This document shows, in pieces, positions 21,071 through 31,161 of a stretch of DNA of 31,161 nt. The notes below the pieces were generated by a model that saw only the letters and a program-made list of their open reading frames with translations, ran no database searches and was not told where the DNA came from. The position numbers and the translations under genes were made by a program. This DNA is from Octopus sinensis (Eukaryota), in NCBI RefSeq assembly GCF_006345805.1, contig NW_021832051.1, forward strand, positions 1 to 31,161, read 5' to 3'. Each line of letters opens with the position of its first letter. Position 1 is the stretch's first letter.

Positions 21071-21907
21071 ATATATATACATACATATATATATACACAC
21101 ATACATACATGTGTGTATGTGTGTGTAGGTGTGTATATCCAAATCTATTTAGATATAAACACATAGGTGTGTGGATGCGGAATTAATGGATTGGTGATTA
21201 TTTTGATCGAATTTCACAAACCTATCGTTTTGTCTTCATCGCATATTTTTTTCCTATTTGTCTCCTCTTAATTCCATCGCAGACAATCGGAACCACATCA
21301 CTTTTACTTGAGATCTGAGTGACATTATCGCATCCGTCTCGAAAGGAAGTGGTATGGTGTAATGACCGGAAGTTATATTTGGAATAATTGTTAATGTTTC
21401 CTTCTCATTCTCTAAAGAATTCTTTATAAACCGATTTCTTCTTTTGTCCACTGACCTTTGTCCTCTTCCAACTTTGACTTCTTCCACTCAATCGCAGTTT
21501 TGTCCATTTCCTTCTGTTAAACTCTCTAGTCAGAAAACAGAAAACTTGTGATTCTAGTGTCAGTCGATCCATCAAAGATATTCAACTTGTTAATAGCGAA
21601 TTAAATAACTGTTCCTCCCTTATTGTTAAACTGCTTAAAACTTAGACGAAGGACAAAGGTCAGGCTGAATGTATCTTATCTTAAGCAAGTCTGCAGCTAA
21701 AATGTACTTTATGGCGTGTGATGGATTAGTTTCAAATATACGTATAAAAACTCTCCAGATGGATAAATTTAGAAGTGGGAGTGAAGGTGTCACTTCCGGC
21801 TTGAGATTTGCCTCAATGTGCCAAACAGCATTTTTAAAGGACCTCATGATGTCCCTTCGACTGGAGAAATTCAAGGAATTGATTATAAAACATGACACGC
21901 AGAAGAT

Positions 21908-22052
21908 AAGTCGATTACGTCGATCCTAGTACTCAACTGGTACTTACTTTACCGACCCCGAAAGAATGGAATGTAAAGCCAACCCTGGTGGCATTTGAAC
22001 GTAAAGTCAGAAGAAATGCGGCACAATAACAATTCTGTCGGCTCCGCCGCCT
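21908..22052 (-). mobile_element. Degenerate Deu/Nin-like tRNA SINE
   Basis: Minus strand: ggcggcggagccgacagaattgtt...gttcaaatgcc...ttcggggtcggtaaagtaagtaccagttgagtactaggatcgacgtaatcgactt. Confidence 0.75.
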
Positions 22053-22674
22053 TCAATAATTATTATAATAATAAACCAATAATAATGGTAACGATGATGA
22101 TGATGATGTTTCCGTTTGAGGGTTTCTTTCTACCCGCCCCCGCCTCTTCCTCGAACGTCTTGTTCAAGTGAAACAGGCTCGGACTAGTCGATGTCTGAGC
22201 CGTCGTTGACAGCTAAACGATATTAACATTAATAATTAGCCATAAGGAGATTTTTGGCAATTTTCCCAGCGGATGTTCATTAGGTTGGTCAGTTTTATAA
22301 TTACCAGATTAATTATGGCGATCAAAACATTTCCTAATCCCCACAATAACCCTTATCCGTTTCATATTTCTTATGATGACCTTCGCCTTGCCATACACAA
22401 CAGAACTTTCTCTTTCGCTTTCATTTGTTATTGTTGTTGTTGTTTTAGTCAATGTTTTTGTTTCGTTATGCTTTTTTCATGTTTGCATTGAAGGACATCA
22501 TCTTCAACGTCCATTACTAAAATGCTTTTGGTGCTGTTGTTGTTGTTATTGTCATACCACGCATTGCCCATAAGTTAACCACTACTTTCATTCACGCTTT
22601 ATCTAACAATAGCTCCTATTTCTTTCGTGGCTTTAGTCTTTTCTTTAATTATTATTATTATTATTATTATTATT

Positions 22675-23158
22675 GAGTGAGAGAGCAGTGCATGCCATCA
22701 AAGTGACACTGGGGTAAAATGTACGAAGCCCAATATACCCATCATGACTACCTGTCTGATAAGGGTACTCTAGACACATGCATCACAGCCACATGTGCGC
22801 GATATGGTGATCTCATATCAAGATAAACAGCGCATGACCTTGCAGATTAACATTTTCTTCAGGTCGAGTAATCCATCCCACTCAAAAGGTCCCTGAATAA
22901 GGGTTGTTTAAGGATGTTGAACGAAACACCCATGTTTCCAGAGGTGAATTATTCAAACCCCAAAGAATCCCTCTCAACACATGGCTATGATGCTCCCCCA
23001 CTACTTCTGCTCATGATCAGAGATGCACATATCGTCAGCCACTAAGGGACATGCTCAACTGGTTACGGTCAAACAACTGACAAGCAAATCTGTGGTATTG
23101 AGCAGAATATTTGCTGTAGCCCATCTTTTATACCAAGACAAAACAATGTACATGATAA

Positions 23159-23160
<2 letters not shown>
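22675..23160 (-). mobile_element. ~490-bp non-coding interspersed retro-repeat flanked by (ATT)n; partial second copy at 23588-23796
   Basis: Internal direct repeat: gagtgaga...catcaaagtgacact...ggtgatctcatatcaagat...caggtcgag...catcccactca occurs twice. Orientation is inferred from the (AAT)n tail on the minus strand. Confidence 0.7.
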
Positions 23161-23202
<42 letters not shown>

Positions 23203-23239
23203 GAAAAATCACAGCTTATTTTGCTGGATTATGATGGAA

Positions 23240-23575
23240 AGTGTCAGTTGTCCACAGCCAGCAGACTAAGGTGACACTTGTTTACTGGTTATACTTCAAG
23301 AACCCTGCGAAGAATTCTTGCAGTTCGAAGCAATTCTGATTTTTGTAGGTGTTCTACCTTCACACGTGCACCAATCTTTTTCAGCCGTGCTGGTAGTTGA
23401 GCGCTGATACTTCCAAGTGCACCAATTTACTATTGGTTTTCACATCGACTCTCTTTATTGACCACAACCTTCGTATTTCCCACTTCAGATCGTCCGTCGA
23501 AGTTGTTTATTTTTTTCTTCTTTTTCATTGATCCTCTTGTCATCAGGACATACTATATCGATTATCATACATGGT
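23240..23575 (-). mobile_element. R4/Dong-clade LINE 3' fragment (restriction-like endonuclease C-terminus), frameshifted
   Basis: Pieced translation: DIVCPDDKRINEKEEK..DDLKWEIRRLWSIKRVD..GALGSIS..LQKSELLRTARILRRVLEV-stop (TAA 23291-23289). Confidence 0.75.
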
Positions 23576-23587
23576 CTTTTTTGTATT

Positions 23588-23796
23588 GAGTGAGATAGGA
23601 GTGCATACCATCAAAGTGACACTAGGGTACAATTATACGAATATACCCATCATGAATACCCGTCTAATAAGGGTACTCTAGGCGCATGCATCACAACCAT
23701 ATGTGGGCAATATGGTGATCTCATATCAAGATCAACAGAGCATGACTCCACAGGTCAGATAGAATTTTCGTCAGGTCGAGAAGCCCATCCCACTCA
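23588..23796 (-). mobile_element. Partial copy of the 22675-23160 repeat
   Basis: Aligns by eye to 22675-22884 and is followed by (ATT)n at 23797-24053. Confidence 0.75.
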
Positions 23797-23823
23797 ATTA
23801 TTATTATTATTATATTATTATTA

Positions 23824-23861
<38 letters not shown>

Positions 23862-23887
23862 CATTATTATTATTATTATTATTATTA

Positions 23888-23941
<54 letters not shown>

Positions 23942-23964
23942 TATCATCATCATCATCATCATCA

Positions 23965-24006
<42 letters not shown>

Positions 24007-24053
24007 TATTATTATTATTATTATTATCATTATTATTTATTATTATTATTATA

Positions 24054-24391
24054 TTGATTTTGTACATAGTGTTGTTCTAGAGAATGTTTAAGAAACCATA
24101 AGAAAATTATGTTTGTTTTAAAACTTGAGATTATATAAAAAGTATTTTACGTAGGATATGGGCAGTTTCCATGAGCACTATCTTTTGAATTTCTGCCATT
24201 TTGGAGTTTCCTGCTGTCTGAGCTAGGTAGCAATCAGCCCCTTTTGCTATCATTCCCAGGGCACCTATGACAACAGGTATTGTTTTAGTCTTCAGGTCCC
24301 ACACTTTGCTAATTTCTATTTCAAGATCTTTATACTTGCTCAGTTTTTGGTAGGTCTTGACATATACGTTTATATCGAATGGGACAGTCAT
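24054..24391 (-). mobile_element. R4/Dong-clade LINE 3' end of a second subfamily, with 3' UTR running into (TAA)n
   Basis: ORF 24131-24391: MTVPFD..KLSKYKDLEIEISKVWDLKTKTIPVVIGALG..IQKIVLMETAHILRKIL. Confidence 0.85.
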
Positions 24392-24392
24392 A

Positions 24393-24575
24393 TCCTGTGG
24401 AAAGGATGTGTTCCACTGAGGAGGCGGTCCATTTGTTGCCAGAACCCTTTAGAAAGCTGGCTTGGCATGCCATGACTGCTGATGAACCGGTGTGGTCTCC
24501 GTTTGTAAGACAAGCCTTTCCACATCTCATCTCTTTAACGGAACTGCAGTCCTGGGTCACGAAAACACGCTGACT
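24393..24575 (+). pseudogene. Fragment of a Tx1/L1-clade ORF2 (post-RT region)
   Basis: One frame reads LWKGCVPLRRRSICCQNPLESWLGMP*LLM, resembling the FxWxG...PxxxGGLG motif. A second frame continues VWSPFVRQAFPHLISLTELQSWV. Confidence 0.5.
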
Positions 24576-24734
24576 AGGCGCCAAATACTTGGAATATCAT
24601 CAGGCGCTCAAATTTTTGTCTGTCCGTATGACGTCCCCTTAATCTCTGCCCTGGAGGTTAATAAAAAAATCATGATCATGATCATCATCATCGTCATCAT
24701 CATCTTCAGTATTATTATTACTATTGTTATCATA

Positions 24735-24831
24735 TCGGGGTCGATAAGTTAAGTACCAGTTGAGTGCTCGGGTCGATGTAATCAACTACCCCCTCCCTCC
24801 AAATTTCAGGCCTTGTGCTTATAGTAGAAAG
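24735..24831 (+). mobile_element. 5'-truncated Deu/Nin-like SINE followed by a very long (ATT)n tail
   Basis: tcggggtcgataagttaagtaccagttg...ggtcgatgtaatcaactacccc...aaatttcaggccttgtgcttatagtagaaag. Confidence 0.85.
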
Positions 24832-24854
24832 TATTATTATTATTATTATTATTA

Positions 24855-24890
<36 letters not shown>

Positions 24891-25219
24891 CATTATTACT
24901 ATTATTATATTATCATTATTATTATCATTATTTTATCATTATCATTATTAATTATTATTATTATTATTATTTTATCATTATTATTATCATTATTATTATC
25001 ATTATTATTATTATTATCTTATTATATTATTATTATTATTATATTATTATCATTATTATTATCATTATTATATCATTATTATTATATTATTATTATTATT
25101 ATTATCATTATTATTATCATTATTATTATTTTATATTATTATTATTATTATTAATTATTATCATTATTACTATTATTATTATTATTATATATTATTATTA
25201 TTTATTATTATCATTATCA

Positions 25220-25252
<33 letters not shown>

Positions 25253-25471
25253 CATTATTATTATCATTATTACTATCATTATTATTATTTTATCATTATT
25301 ATATCATTATTATTATCATTATTATTATCATTCTTATTATTATTATCATTATTATTATCATTATTATATTATTATTATCATTATTATTACATTATTATTA
25401 TCATTATTATTATCATTATTATTATATTATTATTATTATTATTATTATCATTATTATTATCATTATTATTA

Positions 25472-25505
<34 letters not shown>

Positions 25506-25960
25506 CATTATTATTATCATTATTATTATCATTATTATTATCATATTATTATTATTATTATTATTTTATATTATTATTATCATATTATTATTATTATTAT
25601 TATTATTATATCATTATTATTATCATTATTATTATTATTATTATTATCATTTTATTATCATTATTATATTATTATTATTATCATTATTATTATCATTATT
25701 ATTATTATTATCATTATTATTATCATTATTATTATCATTATTAATTATCATTATTATTATTATTATCATTATTATTATCATTATTATTTTATATTATTAA
25801 TCATTATTATTATTATATTATCATTATTATATCATTATTATTATTATTATTATCATTATTATATTATCATTATTATTATCATTATTATTATCATTATTAT
25901 TATTAATATTATTATTATTATTATTATTAATATCATTATTATTATCATTATTATTATTAC
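24832..25960. repeat. ~1.1-kb imperfect (ATT)n/(ATC)n microsatellite
   Basis: Direct reading. Explains the 309-aa I/L/Y ORF. Confidence 0.97.
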
Positions 25961-26220
25961 ATCCCCTCTCTCCAACTTCTTAATCCCCCCACCCTTTACT
26001 TCATATTCATTCATTCATAATTTTTATCCTTTCCGTTGTATTTTTTATGCTTTTATATTTCTATATTTTTATTCCTTTTTTCTTCTCTTTAGATTCACAA
26101 AAAGCCTTTTTCTTTCTTTTTATTTTCTTTTCCTTCTCGTTCTAACAAGTTCTCGTTGATCATTCTTTTAGGATTGTCCAAAGGTGCTGTTGTCATCGGC
26201 ATTCACATATTATCCTTATT

Positions 26221-26245
26221 GTTATTATTATTATTATTATTATTA

Positions 26246-26292
<47 letters not shown>

Positions 26293-26339
26293 TATTATTA
26301 TCATTATTATTATCATCATCATCATCATTATTACTATTG

Positions 26340-26415
<76 letters not shown>

Positions 26416-26511
26416 TATTATTATTATTATTATTATTATTAGTAGTAGTAGTAGTATTAGTAGTAGTAGTAGAGGTAGTAGTAGTAGTTGTAGTAGTAGT
26501 AGTAGTAGTAG
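26221..26511. repeat. (ATT)n grading into (AGT)n microsatellite
   Basis: Direct reading. Confidence 0.95.
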
Positions 26512-27383
26512 CATCCTGCATTTTCATGACGAGACTGCTGCTGAAACTGCTGCTGCTGCTGTCTCCCTTTTATTCCTTAGTCCTGGAGTTTTCGTCTTTT
26601 CATTATTACGTTTATTCTTTCGGTTTAGATTTCTGTTCAGCCATCTTGTATTTATTTATTTATTCATTTTCTTTGTTTCCCCCTCTTCTCCCCATTCCTC
26701 TCTCCCACTCTCTCATGAACTCTGACAAATTCTTCCGCCATCTTTGTTTATCCTTCATAATTTTTTTTGTGTGCTTCTGTTGGTGTTTTACTTTCACCAC
26801 TCACACCTCACACCCACACCTACCCCGCCCCCAATTTTTATTTTCACTGTCCGTATTTCTATGTCCAGCAAAACTGTCGTATTAGTCTGTCGTCCATGTT
26901 TCTCCCCAAAAGAAAAAAACAAAAGGTTTTTACTTCTTTTTTCTCTTTTTTTTCCTCCACTGAAGAAATAAAAGTGATGACCATTGTTGTGGAACGTTGG
27001 AAAATTACAATTTCACGGATGGTCAGGTAATCATTCATTGGGACATCTTCCCAACATCATTACCAATTTACCCTCTCAAAACACCGCTAAACCTCCCGTT
27101 CGCTCTCTCCCTCTCTCTCCCTCTTTTTCTCAGTCACTCCCTCTCTTCCTCTCACCCACTCTCTCTCTTTTCATCTCTCCTCTGCCTAATACCATTTCTA
27201 TTAAAGAACAACAATCAAACACTATTGGTAACCCACGTCTCTCCAACCACATCCAAAGTTTTACTTTTAGTTTCGTTCCAATAAACTTTTGACAGTCGAT
27301 CGTGGGGCAGTGGCTATGAAACGGGCACTATACTGTTATTCGGTTTCACAGTATCATAGTATCAACCAGAATGTCAGATATTG

Positions 27384-27600
27384 TTATAGATCGCTGGTCA
27401 CAATGCGCTTCCAGCTCCGTCTCGATGGCGCCATTCTTTTCTATCTTGACCCAAACTACTTAAATAAATCGCCGTCTCATCCTCGTGGAGGCATTCCAAG
27501 CGGCTTTTCCCTATCTCTTGAATAACACTCGGCGACTGGATGGGTCCGTCTGCTGTCCGTGAACCATGCGACCTCACTGGTTTCCTTTAGCATAGAACTT
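27384..27600 (-). pseudogene. Decayed RTE-clade LINE ORF C-terminus
   Basis: Minus frame FTDSRRTHPVAECYSRDREKPLGMPPRG*DGDLFK*FGSR*KRMAPSRRSWKRIVTSDL-stop resembles the RTE W.PR..KRP.GRP..RW terminus. Two of the stops fall at expected Trp positions. Confidence 0.6.
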
Positions 27601-27723
27601 ACTCACTGATTTCCTTCTGTGACGTGGCTACAGTGAAAGAGGTTGAGCGATGAATGTGTGTAATGGATTTAAAGATGAGCTTTTAATTCTAAGGCCAATC
27701 CTAATCAACTTTTTCGAGTAACT

Positions 27724-28024
27724 GACACTCCATGGGTTACAACGACGAGAGTACCAGGTGACCTGATCAACGGAACAGCCTGGTCTTGAACTTAACGTGC
27801 AGGTGGCTGAGCGCTCCACAAACACACGCGCACCCTTAACATACCCTTAACACTGAATGTGACAAAGCTGGATATTTGAATTATAGGTACTTCTCATTTT
27901 TTGCCAGCTGAGCAGACTGGAACAACAGGAAATGAAGTGTCTTGATCAAGGACACAACGCGCAGCCGGGAATCGAACTCACGACCTTACGATCGTAATCC
28001 GAATACCTTAAACACTAAGCCACG
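27724..28024 (-). mobile_element. Near full-length tRNA-derived SINE of a third family
   Basis: A box TGGCTTAGTGTTTAAGG and B box GAGTTCGATTCCC, followed by gcgttgtgtccttgatcaagacacttc (CORE-like) and a tail ending ctcgtcgttgtaacc. Confidence 0.85.
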
Positions 28025-28387
28025 TGACTTCACGAACTTTTTCAAGTAGCATATGAAGAAAGGGTAACTCTTCTGTGTGTTTTACGAAAGATCGGTGAGG
28101 GCAAGGCGAAAAAGGACCTACACTGATTATATAACTGTATAAGGACAACAAGAGACTGGGAGGCAATGAGGTGTTTCGATGCCTTATATGCACCAGAATA
28201 ACCCAAGCTTTTGTGTGGGGTTATCTTTCATGGCTTACTCCCTTATTCTTTAGGAGGGCTTACCTTTAATGGCTCACTCCCTTATTCGGGGGGGGGGGGG
28301 AGAAACTTTCCTTTGCTGATATGTTATTGATATAAACCCCACAGTTACTGTATACAGCCCTGGTACCTCAAGAGGTACCAAGGATTT

Positions 28388-29186
28388 CTAATATCTGGAA
28401 AGCTTATCTGCCGTTGCTATGATACGCTGTTTCAGCTCTTCCATGGCTGTTCCAAGGCCTTTCTCTTTGACTAAGTATTTTTTCTCAAGAGAAGATTTAA
28501 ATCTTGTTTTTCATAACTTAATCAGCTTCCAGGCTTCTATTCTACTCAGATCTTGTCTTAAAGTTTTCCCTTTATTTTCTAATCTCTTTCCCCCACATTT
28601 GCTCCTTCCTATTCTTTCCTTGAGGAATGCCTAATATTCTAGTAGCTACTACCCACTCTGCATAAATCAATAATTTAGTGGCACCTGTATTTTTAGTATC
28701 TCTCCTACTGATAACAGAATCTACTTTCCTAGGAAAGTAGCTGGTTTCCTGGTAACTTCCTTCTGTTGGTACCTTTTAATGCAGATAATCTTCTCTCTTC
28801 TTCTTTACTCATTGCTTCCTTCAACTTATCTAAAACCTTCTGATCTTCCTCGCAGATGTCAAGTTTCCCTTCCTCATCGCTGATGGCATTATCTTGTCTT
28901 GTAGCTGCTTCTTTGGCTTGAACTGTATCACTGTGTTGATGACTGTTCTATTCCCTCATCTCTCGGTTTCACTTTTCTTATGGTCTCTTCTACCTCCAAT
29001 TCTGTCATCCACTTTTTTTCCTAATAGCGTAAGCCTAACCCACTAATCTCTGCTCTGTTACATCAAACGTACCCTTCTTTAACCAGGTTGCCATCATACA
29101 TTTTCTATAGCCATTACTTAGGGTTCACTTTCCAAATAGCATTGCATCACCACTCGGTTCTCTTCACTTATCCATTTCCTCCTCAT
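28388..29186 (-). pseudogene. R4/Dong-clade LINE ORF N-terminal (pre-RT) fragment with stops and frameshifts
   Basis: Pieced translation: MRRKWISEENRVVMQCYLESEP..GYRKCMMATWLKKGTFDVTEQRL..AIRKK.WMTELE...LRQDLSRIE...MEELKQRIIATADKLSRY. Confidence 0.8.
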
Positions 29187-29396
29187 CACCGTATTATATA
29201 CTCATTCTGTCTTAGAATAACGACTGGGGTCAGTCTGCGTTTGTAGTGAAGCACTGCCGAGTGAGAGGCCTTCCCTTAAAGGTCCAGCCGCCTATACCCT
29301 GTTATCACTAAAGTTTCTGTGTAAACTCATATCTCACATAAACTGAGGTAAGATAATGTTGGTGTGGGTGTGTGGGCTTTGGTCGTAGCATCATCT

Positions 29397-29439
29397 CTAC
29401 CACCACCGCCACCACCACCACCACCACCACCACCACCAC

Positions 29440-29470
<31 letters not shown>

Positions 29471-29473
29471 CCG
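29397..29473. repeat. (ACC)n/(GCC)n microsatellite
   Basis: Direct reading. Confidence 0.95.
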
Positions 29474-29708
29474 CTATACCACTCTCACTATCCTCGGCAT
29501 TACCCATTACTACCCTCCACCACTGCTACCCCCGGCTACTGTCTCCACCACTTGCTTTTCCCCACGCCCCATTCGATCACATTCAGATCATCATTTTGAT
29601 AATCGAGCGTAGAAGAGGGGACGGAGGTGGAAGAGGGAGGGGAGAAGGGAGCTAGGTGAAGGGTATCTGGAGAAGGTTGGGGATCGGTGAGGAAAGAGGG
29701 GGAGTGTA

Positions 29709-29742
<34 letters not shown>

Positions 29743-29929
29743 GAGGCGGGGGTTAAATGAATGGTGGGGGTGAGTGGAAAGGTTAGGGTGGGGTGTTCGA
29801 TCGGAAGGAAGTGATACTGATACTGTGTTGTTGTTGTTGTTGGGGGGGGTTATGTAGTGTCAAGGGAAATAACTATCGATGCGATCATTGGAATGGTTTA
29901 ACTCTTAGGGAATCGCTGGATCTTTGGCG

Positions 29930-30385
29930 GGAACAACAACAACAACAACGGCAGCTATAATAATATCAATAACAACTGTAACAACAAAAATAACAAGTTT
30001 AACAACAACAACTACAAAAATAACAACAGTAGCAACAACATCAACAGTAGTAACGCTAATAGCCGCCATACTAACAAGAACAACAACAACATCAGGAATA
30101 ATGTAACCATCTTGAACAACAACAGCAAGTGGAACAATAATGTAATCATCATCATCATCATTAGCAGCAGCAGCAGCACCAACAACAACAGTAAGAATAG
30201 CAACAACAATTAATAATAACATTTATTGAATCGGGAATTCACCATGATGCTTTTAATTTCTTTTCTTTCGTGCGTCACCATCGTACCACTAACACCACCA
30301 CCACCACCACCACCCTTAACACTACCACCACCATCATACCAACGACAACAACAAGAACAACATCTCCATCAACGCCACCATCACG
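29930..30385. repeat. (AAC)n/(CAT)n/(ACC)n low-complexity region
   Basis: Direct reading. Confidence 0.85.
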
Positions 30386-31161
30386 TTACTAATTCTAGAA
30401 ACGCAATTCCTGAGAAAAGAACGCGATGGTCATGGTCGGAAGGCCTTTCATCCTAAGTCCGTTAAGTCGATGATGACTTTCCGGGTTAAACAACTTTTCA
30501 CGACGGTGTTATCGCGTGATCCTTTGGATGCTGAGATCACAGATCAGACGTTCGAGTGTGCCTCACATGTGTTTCTATTGAATCCAGTGAAATGAATCAA
30601 GTTTTGCTTACTGGTGCAAGAGAGAATTCTTACCAAATCTCGCAAACCTGAAACTCTAACTTTTGGAGACAGCCAAAACGTAAAAAACTTTGCGCTCATA
30701 AAAGCATTCAAAAAACATTGCTGTACGATGAGTTATCAACAGAAGGAAAAAAAATATTTATATGCACAATAATCGTCATTGACTTTGGAACTCTGGAGTG
30801 GAAAAGATGGTGTAATCTGCACCGTCTTAAAGAATGAAGGCCATGGCACTGAAAAATGTATCTCTACACAATTACAAAATGGCGCGTAACTGTAATGTTA
30901 TGAAATCCGTTATGTTCTAACGCATCATCTACTTTTAAGTGGTGAATATTTTGCCTTTGGGTATTAATACTGTCTCTGTCGCTCTACTTATTTGTTATGA
31001 AATACGTATTGTACAATAAATCAAGACATATTCATTCTAGTGGAGACTCAACAATGCTGTGCAACGTTTTTGCATTTATTACGTCAGTCAAAATCTGGTG
31101 TAAATATCCATCTAGGACGAAACTGGTTCTCATGAAACTCATTCTGGCACGTAAAACCTTC

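Noticed and set aside
21420-21510. Minus-strand peptide MDKTAIEWKKSKLEEDKGQWTKEEIGL with a Myb-like KGxWTxEE
   Set aside because: It stops after 27 codons, lacks the following Asp and helix, and has no good splice donor.
21966-21977. TGGAATGTAAAG identical to the start of miR-1
   Set aside because: It lies in a mutated SINE central domain with no precursor hairpin, and the match ends at 12 nt.
24379-24573. HLLPEPFRKL resembling XRN exonuclease
   Set aside because: The flanks do not match XRN. The region is better explained as a frameshifted Tx1/L1 fragment.
24478-24610. CTGATGA at 24479 (+) and 24597-24603 (-)
   Set aside because: Neither is followed by stem II plus GAAA.
24815-25744. 309-aa ORF and the many other I/L/Y/C/V/T-rich ORFs in the track
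   Set aside because: They are translations of tri- and dinucleotide microsatellites, which lack stops in some frames.
26966-27027. Possible plus-strand exon (NKSDDHCCGTLENYNFTDGQ) after a polypyrimidine tract
   Set aside because: Weak AAG acceptor and GTAATC donor, no identifiable family, and no partner exons.
27940-28024. tRNA gene
   Set aside because: A and B boxes are present but there is no closing acceptor stem, and it continues into SINE body sequence.
31110-31135. GGACGAAAC, typical of hammerhead stem II/GAAA
   Set aside because: No upstream CUGANGA or GUCC partner.

Overview
Repeat-saturated, AT-rich eukaryotic DNA with no confidently recognisable host gene, rRNA, tRNA gene or CRISPR array. 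The tRNA-derived SINE families and the extreme microsatellite load point to an octopus genome (inference from recalled repeat families). Most ORFs in the track are translations of microsatellites. Mobile-element relics: about 10 SINE copies, including a 184-bp-period tandem array; a degraded CR1 reverse-transcriptase 3' fragment (13590-15120); R4/Dong-clade pieces in (TAA)n tracts; RTE and Tx1/L1 scraps; and an 828-bp internally deleted pogo/Tigger element with TIRs and a TA target-site duplication. The main finding is four structurally complete type-I hammerhead ribozyme motifs (8924-8974 -, 11955-11996 +, 12281-12372 -, 12896-12956 -), plus two decayed ones. They lie in short, mutually dissimilar islands between (TA)n tracts and look like Penelope-terminal or retrozyme-type elements. 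One has a compensatory U3:A8 core, three have palindromic (dimer-type) stem III, and one is flanked by a ~165-bp inverted copy that ends almost at the predicted cleavage site. A 629-bp fold-back palindrome lies in the same neighbourhood. All structures were folded by eye and activity is untested.
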